Origin: Pelomyxa schiedti
Taxonomy: Eukaryota; Protista; Evosea
DNA length: 34,279 nt
NCBI GenBank assembly: GCA_020536535.1
Contig: JAHLWZ010000978.1
Span: forward strand, 1 to 34,279
Reading direction: 5' to 3'
The stretch's first letter is position 1; each line of letters starts with the position of its first letter. The translations under genes and the position numbers were made by a program. Of this stretch, positions 24,131-34,279 are shown one piece after another. The notes under the pieces are model-generated. The model saw only the letters and a program-made list of their open reading frames with translations, was not told the DNA's origin and ran no database searches.

Positions 24131-25094
24131 TTAGGAAGACCCACTAGTCTTTTGAAGGGAGTCCATGGTCTCAAGGAGGTTGCGGAGTTCGTGGTGAAGA
24201 ACGCGGAACTTATCGGCACTGAGCTCAAAGGCATACTGCTTTGCTGATGGTGTTGTGGCTGCAGCAGAGGCACTGAGCTTGTCACCAATGCGGTGTGGTT
24301 GTTGGGTTTGGGTGTTGACATTGAAGCACAGGTGGACACTGGGCTGCGCCACTGTGGCTAGCCGGCCGGATGCCATGACAAAGTCTACCCTCCAGTCCAC
24401 CAGCTGGGATGGGGAGGTGGTGGGCTCGATGTGTGGGAGTGAGGAGAGGGTCTGCTCGGCCAGGACTTGCCTGAGCTTCTCCCTCTGTGGGCCATAGGCA
24501 CGCTGTAGCGCGAGGGTGTGCTCGTTGGGGAACCCGAGCTGCCCAAGTTCTATTGCCAGAGTTTGTGGTTCCACATCGTTCTTGGCGGCGCTATGAATGA
24601 TGAACCGCAGGGCCGCAATGACTGCCCTATTTTTTTTTTTCTCAGTGAGCTTTGTTTCGGGGGTGTGGTTTATTTTGTAGAGTTATTGTAGGTTGAAGGC
24701 ACAAACACAAGAATGGTACCTCACATCACTCTCCTCGAAATTTGCGGTTGAAACTAGCTTATGAACCTGTAAAAGGAGCAAGTGTAAGAGAACCTTCCCT
24801 CAACAACTCTAATGATTTTGAAAGTGGTATGTTGCAAGGTGCGCTTGATTGGATGAAATTGTGGAAATCCCACAATTTCGAATTAATAGTAGGGCCAGGT
24901 GGGGTTGTATACACAACAAACAAAAGAGGCGGGCTCACCTTGTCGTAGTCGAGCTGGTCGATTGTGCCCAGCATGGCACTGATGATGTGCATTGCCAACA
25001 ACTTGATCCTCACGTATGTCATACGTGACACCACATCACACTCCCTCAACAGCCAGTCGGGCGCGTCGAGATCCCCACAGAACCGAAACCTCAT
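24131..25094 (-). CDS. COMMD4: COMM domain-containing protein 4
   Basis: Diagnostic N-terminus MRFRFCGDLDAPDWLL, then YDK|VHKLVSTANFEESDVR|AVIAALRFIIHSAAK..ELGQLGFPNEH. COMM domain motifs VDWRVD and FELSADKFRVL. Confidence 0.95.
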
Positions 25095-25511
25095 TCTTGT
25101 GTTTTATGTTTTTTTCTTTTCTGTTTTGATCGGGTGGAATCTGCTGGGAGGGAGTGCTTCCTTCCGGCTCATTTGGGTTTGGCTGCGGGGATTGCCCAGG
25201 GGATTCCTACAACACTTCCTCAGAGTTCCTGACAGGCAACGATTCATTGGGCGGGGCTTTTGATCTTTAGAAATCCAGGGCTAAAGGGGCAATTGCAAAA
25301 CTGTCATAAGTTTCCTTCAATCAAAATAAAGTAGTATCATAATTTTTCGCACATCGCTGTGCTCGTCCGGTTCGTCGGCACCACGTATTTTTTTTTTCTC
25401 TGTCGTTCGTGTTTTGTTGTTGTTGTTTGCGTTTCTCCATTTGTGTTGTCTTTCCAGCCTATACCAACCGTTTTTTTTTTCCCCTTTGTGTGTTTGCCAT
25501 GTTCAGTCAAA

Positions 25512-26192
25512 ATGAGCACCACCGAGGCCCCCGCTACCACTGGTATGGGTACCGCCACCATCAGGACCCGAAAATTCATGCTCAACCGATTGTTACAAAG
25601 AAGACAATTCGTAAGTGAACCGTTGCTGTGTTTTTATGCTACTACTCGGTTGTTAACTTTATGCTTCAGCTCATCGACATTATCCACCCAGGCAAGGCCA
25701 ATGTTCCTAAAGTCGAAATCAAGAAAATGCTCCGCAAGATGTATAATGTTCCAGTGTGTCACCTTCCCATGTTCCTCCTAATCCTTAACACTTCACACCT
25801 AACCCATAACTCTTACTTAAATTACTTCAGACAACCAAGACCATTTTCGTTGGAGGATTCAAGACACATTTCGGTGGCGGCAAAAGCACCGGTTTCGGAA
25901 TCATTTACGATACCTACGGCGCAGCCAAGAAATTCGAGGCTCCATACAGACTCAGACGCGTAAGGATCCGCCACTCCACAATTTCCTTTCCACACAAATC
26001 CCTCCTCAATTTCCTACTTTATCATACCCTTCAGTTGTATTCACCACTCTGCAGGCAGGTGCCAAGAAGCCAAAGAAGGCTAAAGTTGCACGCAAACAGC
26101 GCAAGGAGCGCAAGAACAGGGCCAAGAAACAGTGGGGCACAAAGCCAAAGGTCAAAAAGGGAGGTGATGATGAACCCAAAAAGAAGAAGTAA
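25512..26192 (+). CDS. RPS24: 40S ribosomal protein S24 (eS24), 3 introns
   Basis: [18 protein letters not shown]|[33 protein letters not shown] and [13 protein letters not shown]. Confidence 0.97.
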
Positions 26193-26358
26193 AAAGCTTA
26201 CAAGAATAAAAATCCTTGTTTTCTTCTCAACGCTTGACTTTGTTTTCTTGTTCTTTGTCCCTTTTTCCTTTTCCCCTTGGCCATCAACCAAGCACAAGTA
26301 AAAAAAAAGGCACAAGCAGTGACAAAGGGTGTTGTATTTTTACTACAGTGAAAGAACA

Positions 26359-28744
26359 TCACGGCATTGAGGGAGTGGAATTGACAGTTGTGTTTGAAGT
26401 TGATGTGCTTGAGGGACCAGGTGAATCCACCTCCCTCAGGGCTTTGAAGAGCATTGTGGCTTCTCTTATCTTGGCGAACTCGATGCAAAATTGCTGTATC
26501 TCCAAGAATAAGTCATGTGAGTTGATCACGCTGTTCCTGATGAGGGATTGAAGAAAAACGCAGACAAGCCGCACGCTCCGATTTTGCATGGATTTGTCCT
26601 GTGTGTTCATACACTTTTTGATACAGTTGCTGATGTATAAGTGCACAAACTCTTTCGGGAGTTCAACAGCAGTTGTAAGACGGTTTACAACTTCCATTGA
26701 GTGTAGTGACATGTCCATATTAACGAGAACGGAGAAGTAGCTTGTTTTCATTAGAAGGAGAGGAGGAAATGAAGGTGTACTCTGTTATCTGTGAAGATGA
26801 CATGAGCTTCAGGAGTACTTCTATGGCAATAAGCGGATTGTTATCAACGAGCATCGGAAGTTGTTTTGGTGTTACGTTGCAGTGGTATACAAATTTTTCA
26901 TCTCGATCGAATTCAGACATAACCAACTGTTTTTAAATAAGGATTGTCGTCGGTACGAAGGTAAAAACTTCTAGCTGTTGTTGAGTGAGTGTTGACTTAA
27001 AAGCCGTTGTGACTAGTTCAACTGCTTCTTGGTTGAATCGAGGTGTGCTCATAAATCTATTCGCGAAAAGTTCAACGGGTGGCTCAATGTCAAGCCATGT
27101 CAGCTGAAGGAGAAGATTAGCAATGTGGAGTTGTAGTGTGAAAATAGAGGAGATAATGCAATTCCGCGAACCTCGTCGTGAGTGACAGGGAATAGATTTG
27201 GAGGTGGTCGTATGAATTTCGGATCAAAACTTTGTACAGTAATACTAGAAAGGAAGTCTGAAAGAGGATGCGGCTGCTGTGTGCCTCCCGATCTCGGTGA
27301 TATACATTGTCTTCTGTGTGAAAAATCGGAATATGACAGAGATTCAGGGAAATTACTCTTCACTTGGTTGATCTTGCCTTCTCAGTAAAATTTGAGGTGA
27401 AGGTACACCAATCCGCCTAAAAATGGTCCCGAATGCATCCATAGGCTGTTGCTCTTGTAGGACTTTACGTATAGCAGCTATTGCCTCGTTTTGCTGGGCA
27501 ACTGGCGTTGCGGTAAGCAGGGCAGCATACTCGGATGGAGTTTTCTAAAAAAAAAAAAACCATTTGATTTCACGAAATCAAAGATTAGCTCACCTCAGGA
27601 GATACAACATTGGATGCAAGCTGAATTAAGAACGTTCTTTCTGGTGATGACTGGTCTAACAGGTCGAAGGCTTCTTGCAAGACAAACCAAAACATCCCTG
27701 GGTGTCCTACAGCCTGAGTAGGTGAAGTACTTGTCGCCTGTGCTGGAGGCGTATTTTCCGGTTTCCTGCAGGTTTTGAAACTATTTTAAGAGCCTAGATG
27801 CACAAAGGGAACGAATACGATAAATCAGCAAGCAGATAGAAGGAAGTTATCCTGTGGAATAGTAATAGAGGTGTTCTCGTTGTTCCTTGCTGAACATTGA
27901 ATAAACCAACAAGCAGTGATAAAGATGGTGACATCGGCTGTGATGATGCTTGTTGATTTCGCCGTGTTGGTTGTGGTTGTGTTGTGGGTTGCTGCTTTGG
28001 GAGGAGTCTTATTGCCGTAAGAAGGGCAACAGATAAGGCAAGTGCTGCAGTGAGTTGCTCTGTACGTTTGGTAAAGGAACGCTTGAATGCAACCAAAATT
28101 TCAGCCAGCGAACTGCCTCGAGTGCTCTGGCTGTTTGCATGCTGCTTGTTGGTGACTTGTGGAGGTTCGGCCATAAGGAGTATGTTTGTGAGGGCTCTCG
28201 TGTGTCCCTCAGACAAAAGAGGGCGGTTCGAGGCCGCCCCAGAACTCGTGCTGCCATTGTCAATATCACTTAAGGACGAACATGAAGAGCTTGTGCTTAT
28301 GCTCCCGTTTGTGCTAGAGCTTTGGGAAGGCGCTGTTGCCGCTTTCGGTGCCACATTACCCCCAGTAGAAGAATTCGACCTGGGGCTCACAAGCGTCGGC
28401 GTCGTAGACGGGGAAGGTATCGGCGTCGTTCTCACTCCTCCGCCTCCGCCTTTGTTGCCCGTAGCGCCGCCGCCGCCGCCGCCTTTCTGCGCACTTGTCG
28501 TCGCCGATCCCGGCAGAGGCGGAGTCGGAGATGCAGGGGGCGGCGTCGTGCCGGTCTTCGAATTTGGCGATGTCGACTGCTGCGCCCCACCGGCGCCTCC
28601 TTTGTTGGTTGTTGTCGCCGTAGATCCCCCGCCGCCCGAACTGCCTCGGCCCGACGACGTTGGTCTTCCCGTAGATGTCGTCGTATTGCCCCCGGTGTTT
28701 CCTCCACCGCCTCCTCTTTGCTGTTGATTTTGCGTCGCCTTCAT
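26359..28744 (-). CDS. CNOT11: CCR4-NOT complex subunit 11 with a long G/S/T-rich N-terminal extension
   Basis: [79 protein letters not shown] and FCIEF. Confidence 0.95.
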
Positions 28745-29015
28745 TAATACACGACGTATCCTTCTGCCTTCGGGTTTTTATTTGTTTTCGTTTTTAAATA
28801 AAAATGGCCAAAGCGAGATCTGCATTCACGTTCTTCGTTCAAGGGAGTGCGTCTTATTCTGGCGACAACTTGACAAGACCCTTTACCCACCAAAAATGAG
28901 AAAAAGTTGTGTCAGGCATAAACCGTGCAACTTGGCTGGATAAACGAATTTGGTTTTGGCATTGTTACACTTTCGCATAACCATGTTTAAAAGTGCTGTA
29001 ATCGAATTCCCACTG

Positions 29016-30666
29016 TCAAGATACGCGTCGTGTGTTTCTGTACGTGGATTGGTCGCGAATGCTCGTACAGTGTGGCTTGTATTGTACTTGCTCAGTAGAG
29101 CCGGCAAGATGGAACAAATCCATTAACTTATCCCTGTGTTTGGAGTAAAAATCTTTCTGGTAAAAAGTTGTAGTTCTTAATCTACACTCCTTACTACACT
29201 AGGTTTGATGGTGGAGTACAAACCTGATCTGGGGATGGATTTCAGAATGCTCTCCGGTTACCCATACACTTAGCACTGCGAATGCTTTTCTTATGCTCAA
29301 AACAACTCCAACAACTGTGTCGTCAAGCTGCTCTCCAATTGCTGCAAAAAGCTTAATTAGGTGAGTTTTTTTGAATGAAATAAGGAAAAAAGTACCAGTT
29401 CCTCCCAAAAGGAGTTTATTTCTGATGAGTTCTTGACAACTTTTACGATAAAGCATCCTCCTTGTGGGAAATTCTTATTCATTTAGATTATTTCTTTGCT
29501 GAGTTCATAAACGGTACCTCCCACATGGGTTTTGTAGTTCCTTTGAAAGCAAAATAGTTGGAGTTATTCAGGAGCTCCGAAGGTCTTTTCAGGTACATGT
29601 AGTGCCTATTTTTGCATGAATATCATGCAATAATCCCCTTAGGATTTGCGTTTTAATGGAAGCCACATTGATTGGTATTATTTATAGCCACAGAGATATA
29701 CTTGGCAAAGCTTTCCACCGTTGAGAAGCCCCCCAATTTCAAGAGGTTTTGCTCATACATGTTCTTCCTCCTCACCTGTGGTGAATTCGGTATCTCGAAA
29801 TACTGCTGCATTTGCAGTTGCATTTGCTGCTGTTGCTGTTGCTGTTGTTGTTGTGTGGTGAGCTTGCCGAGGTTGGAGTACCAAACTGTCCACACACTAT
29901 TCAGCTGGTGGAGTGTTGTGCCGGCCTTTGCTGTTGTATTCTGATTGGTTGTGAGTACTGCAGCACTTTTTTGTACTTCAGGTTGTGATGAAACTGATTC
30001 TGATTGGATTGTTGGTCCACAATACAAGGGCTTTGATGCCGGCTCGTTAGGCCGTTGCACTTCCCCTTGGGTGGATTTATCGTTTTCATTACAGCCGGAC
30101 ATCGCCGTCGATTCTGACACCGATTCCAATGTAGAGGCAGACGCAGATGCGGACGCAGAAGAAGACGAAGAGGCCGCTTCCGATGTCAATGAAGATTCCG
30201 ATGCCGATTCGTTTCCGAAACGGCAGGGGGGTTTCTCGATTTCCTCTTGGTGCACCGTAGGCGGGGTGCCGCCGGTTTCGCATGCGCAGCCCGTCGGTGT
30301 CGGTGTCCGTGCGTCGTCGGGACCCGAGGGGGAAATCGGAATTTCGGTGGTGGCAGGGCAGGCCCGTTCTTCTTCCTTGTTGTCTGGGGTGCTCCCCCGA
30401 TCTGTTGGGTTCGATTCACCATTCCGTACGACCGACGCTTCGTCGCGCGCCGGGGCGTCAGGTACACACGGCGCCGACGTCGAGGCCGGTGATGGTGACG
30501 GTGACGGTAAAGGTTGTACGGGGTTCGGCAGTGGGTCGTCGGTTCCGACCACCGTAGTTTCGCGCGCCGGCGTAACCCCTTCGGCACAGTGGTTTTGACA
30601 TAATTCCCCGGTTGGTGTGGCTCTCTCGGGTGCTATTTCCCTACCTACGTCGTCGTTGTCGTTCAT
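29016..30666 (-). CDS. eIF4E-family cap-binding protein, class II (4EHP/nCBP-like), with a long disordered N-terminus
   Basis: HQLNSVWTVWY, YEQNL..FSTVESF, KPMWE|EFPQGG, FWEELV..AIGEQ, VVGVVLSIR..LSVW and C-terminal YKPH..SIRDQSTYRNT. Confidence 0.88.
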
Positions 30667-30920
30667 GTTTAATAAATTAGCAATTTAGCAGTATCAACTG
30701 GGCTGAAGGAACTGTGCACGGCCTGAAGTCCCGCACAGACCTGAGCGGAGACGGAGGTTTTCAGCACTCGGCCAGTATTTCAGAGATAGATCTTCGGTTG
30801 CACTCTCAAGATCTGTTTGTGCTAGCAAGGAGAAGTCCTCACACTCGGGTCATTCTTGGAACTGATCTTCAAAGATATTAGCCGCGGCTTTTTTCTAATG
30901 GGGTTTCCAATTCAACAACC

Positions 30921-32686
30921 ATGCGCGAACAAGAACCAGAACAAGCGAGAGTCGAGACCCCCGTCGTACAACTGGACGTAATTCCGGCGACGCAATCGAA
31001 TGCCGATGAACACCCCAAAGTGAACGTGGTTGCCAAGTGGACGCTGTTGTTATCGAAAATGGTTATTTTGGCTTTTACTTCCGTTGGGCTGTGGAGTTAT
31101 TACGGTACTTCGATTATGCTCTCTCTCTCAAAGATCTCTTCCGACTTCTGACTGGGCGTAAGATTCACCGGGATTATTGTACCCTTTCCTTGAGACACAC
31201 TACAATTTGACGGCTTTGCAACTGGGCAAGAGCTACAGTTTATATTGCTTCCCGAACCTTTTTATGCCAGTGGCTGTGGGTGTTCTTGTAGATAAAGGGC
31301 CATTTGGCTTTGATCTGAGGTTCGCAATCATACTCACAACATTCTTAATTGGTCTGGCTTCTGTAATACAAGCAGCCTCATCAGGGGTGGTGGAGGTGTT
31401 CTTATTTGCGAGATTTGTGTTGGGATTGGGGGGTGAATCCCTCCTCTCATCACAATTTCGTGCTGCTGCAATGATATTTCGCAGTAATGAGTATGTCACA
31501 TTTTCATTTGGAGTTAATTATAGCTGTGTTATTGAGGTTGGGAATGGCCACAGGGGTACTTTTTGTCGTTGGGCAAATTGCTGCATGTTGCTTGTTTAAT
31601 ATCTCTCCAACTATAGCGGAGAACACTTCTTTGACAGTTGTTTTTATTGTAAGCATTTCCTGTCCTCAGGTATGTGCCTTAATCTCTTACAGGTAACGGC
31701 AATTGTGGCAGTACTTGCCTTTGGAGACGGTATCGTGGTAGCCCTTCTTTTCAAGTCTAAATTGAAGAGACCCAGTGCTGAAACAGTGACCAGTAGCCGG
31801 CAAAGCAATAGCAATACCTTTTCCATAAAGAGCATTTTATTGTCTACTGCTAAAGGAAGTCTCCGCTATTTACGCAAGTTTCCCTTGCGTTATTGGCTAT
31901 TACTTTTTTCGATATCTGTCCCTCTGGGAATAGTGGTTTCTCTCATGGTATCTATCCCGCCCACCTGAATTCTAATTGTACCTCATCAAAGGTTTTTTCT
32001 ACTGACCTTGCTGTAGACAAATGGGAAGTTGAACCCGTACTTGCAGCAAGATATTCTTCAGTAATGGTTATTGTACCACTAGTGCTTGGTGTTCCAGTTG
32101 GCTACCTTTTAGACAGATTCGGCCATAGGCTCACGGCTATTCTCACAGGCTGTTTTCTACAACTAGGTGCACTGTGTATTTTGGCGTTCTCAGAAACACA
32201 CTCATCAGTTGCTTATGTCTTAGTCGCCTTTGCACTCATTGGGATTACGTACACACTTTGGCCAATTGTGTGTATCTGCTAGCCTCCACGTTAACCAATG
32301 TACTTAGACTCTAGGGGCTTGCATACCTTTGTGCCTGCCAGAATCTGTTGGCGCTGTTGGAATGGGTGTATGCTATCAACTCCCACAATAATTCTTGTAA
32401 CCGGATATAGCTGGCGTACTCCTTCATGATGCTACAAAGCACTGTGTTGCCCATGATTATTGGAGCTATCAAGGACAAAACAGACAGCTACTTTGGAGGA
32501 TTGATTCTCCTTGCAGGACTTACCTTTGTGGCGCTTGTCATGGCCATATTCTGTATTATAGTGGACAGGGCACATGGTCTTGGATCCATTCAAAGAGCGA
32601 CCTGTGAAAAAATGACCGAGCCCACACACAAAGATGAGCCTAGTACAAACAATGAAGAACATGATCCGGAAGAACTATCACTTTAA
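30921..32686 (+). CDS. Major facilitator superfamily transporter, MFSD1-like
   Basis: YSLYCFPNLFMPVAVGVLVDK, FARFVLGLGGESL and GYLLDRFGHR (motif A), with multiple TM segments across spliced exons. Confidence 0.88.
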
Positions 32687-32710
32687 AAAAAAAATGTTTC
32701 ATACAATTTT

Positions 32711-33657
32711 TTAGAAAGACAATTTGTTGATTGGAATGATATAAGACGCAGGTGTGATGAGTTCGTACATTTGACACAGAGCAGTAAATCGGCCACACAA
32801 TCTTGTTTCCCTCTGTTTGATAAATAAGCTGGAGGAAGGAGCACGAAGAAAAACCTCAAAAGTTTGGAAGATTTCAAAGTGATGGTAAAAGGCATGCCCG
32901 AAAATCCGGTAGATCCGCCTAGCTATTGCTTTCAAATGAATAGTATCGGGAATCTTTTCACTGGGAACAATGAATCCCTAGTGCAAGTTTTTGCCTTACA
33001 CACCGGTCTGGATAGTTTGTCCTGTTACAGAGTATTTCTGTAGCACTATCTAGATTATGGAGAGCATAGTCCATGGCACAACACTTAAAAAAAGAGGTTT
33101 TAGTATTGGAACAATAAGCTAATATAGAGGGGAGGATACATCTTTTGGCGCCGATCCATGCGCCGCACAATAGAATTGCCATTGGTCTGCCTTCATCTGT
33201 GGGCAAGATGTAGCTGTACACACATTGCCAAGTGTTACCACCAAATGATTCAATTGAATTATGGTGACCCTACAGGCAACAGGGGCAAAGTGAATGAGAT
33301 CGAATTACAGAATTGGCTTGGATTTTGTTTTGTTTGCAGCCAATGAGTGGAGTGGGGGTGTATGCCTATATGAAAAACCTCAATTGCTCGTATTGCCACG
33401 ACAAAATGTCAATATCAGGGGGGCACATCACAACCGCCTTGATGTCATCCGCCAATGGCCTCGCCGCATATGGCGGAATTCCAATTACAGATTCCAGTGC
33501 TTCCTGGGCAGCAGAGTGTGCTTCTGGTTTTCTAAAAAGAAGACAACGGAGATAGATCATTATAACACTAAACAAAAACAAAAGGGCACCTGGCCTGCCA
33601 CGACACGAGGGATGTGCCCGGCACAACAAGTGATCTATCAGCCGGCGGGGTGCTCAT
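32711..33657 (-). CDS. MOB4: MOB4/phocein family protein (STRIPAK component)
   Basis: Spliced motifs PGT, CPPDIDILSWQYEQLRFF, CPQMKADQWQFYCAAH, CCAMDYALHNLD, ARRIYRIFGHAFYHH and ETRLCGRFT..YELI...IIPI. Confidence 0.88.
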
Positions 33658-34012
33658 TCAACGAATGGTGATGACCTACTGGCGAAAAAACAAACTTTGC
33701 TCTCTGGGTTCAAGTGTTGCGCAACACCTTCGAGTACTTTGTTCAAGTGACGTATAATCCGACTTCTCAGTCAGCTTACATGACAGAGAAAGTTTTTGTT
33801 TCACTTAGTGAAACACTGGCTTCTACACAAACCGCTTGCATTTGTCACGACGCACTCATGAAATGACGAAGAGAAGGAACTTGGACAGAGAGTAAAGTCT
33901 TGGCAAACCAATCCTGAAAGTCTGACAACTTGGCACCGCCAACCACAATCCAACTTTTTCGGCTTCCACAAGCAAGAAATTGTTGGTCGACAACATACTC
34001 AATAAAGACCAT

Positions 34013-34279
34013 ATGGCTACCAGGTCTGCGGCCCGTGGCAAAGGAGACCACGTCGTAAACGACATACCAAGGATAATCATGGAAATGCTGCTTGATATAG
34101 AGCGGCTGTTTGTCGCCCGCGCTAACGAGAACCGACTAGAAGAGGTTTACCAAACTATTTTTTTTTGTTTTGTTTTCACACTTGCAGGACTTGAGGGCCA
34201 TGCAACGCACACATGCTATGCATAGAGAGGGTCTGAGCACTACTGTTGGAACTGACCTCTTACAACTTGTTGCTACACT
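34013..34279 (+). CDS. 5' part of a hypothetical protein, truncated by the window end
   Basis: MATRSAARG...IERLFVARANENRLEE, then a GT..CAG intron (about 34146-34187), then an open frame DLRAMQRTHAM... to the window end. Confidence 0.5.

Noticed and set aside
30400-30425. GGTTCGATTC resembling a tRNA T-loop
   Set aside because: No cloverleaf or acceptor stem can be built, and it lies inside the eIF4E coding exon.
27984-30598. Long plus-strand ORFs (27984-28727, 29945-30598)
   Set aside because: These are antisense shadows of the GC-rich low-complexity N-termini of CNOT11 and eIF4E.
26359-30666. CNOT11 next to a 4EHP-like eIF4E and RPS24 as a functional translation-repression cluster
   Set aside because: Adjacent housekeeping genes in a compact eukaryotic genome are expected by chance, and no synteny evidence is available.
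1140-33657. Alternative genetic code or stop-codon readthrough to explain fragmented ORFs
   Set aside because: In the conserved genes examined, the interrupting stops fall inside short GT-AG introns, and the standard code gives intact motifs.
33845-34080. Minus-strand ORFs as an N-terminal extension of MOB4
   Set aside because: A closer ATG at 33657 already supplies the PGT-containing N-terminus and splices in frame. The upstream ORFs overlap the plus-strand partial gene.

Overview
Gene-dense, intron-rich eukaryotic DNA. Most introns are about 40-50 nt, GT-AG, with weak splice signals. It looks amoebozoan, and a degenerate 'DAREQ..AL..HPRCG..SPA' gene suggests a Pelomyxa-like archamoeba (inference from recollection, not a search). 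The ORF track is fragmented by introns, so genes were rebuilt by hand-splicing. In order: a 121-bp perfect inverted repeat enclosing a telomere-like 15-bp minisatellite; a flavin reductase-like protein; a pseudogene; a 7TM-TKL kinase fusion; an alpha-actinin with about six spectrin repeats; a divergent PP2A B55 subunit; an EEP-fold protein with degenerate catalytic motifs; a protein whose N-terminus resembles the Vip3 toxin pore-forming helical domain; a CudA-like putative transcription factor; a PX/polyproline protein; COMMD4; RPS24; CNOT11; a class II eIF4E with a natural W73A-equivalent substitution; an MFSD1-like transporter; MOB4/phocein; and a partial gene at the right edge. The best leads are the Vip3-like protein, the IR/telomere-like element, the six-repeat alpha-actinin, the variant eIF4E and the relaxed NAG splice acceptors. 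Exon boundaries are manual predictions without RNA evidence.
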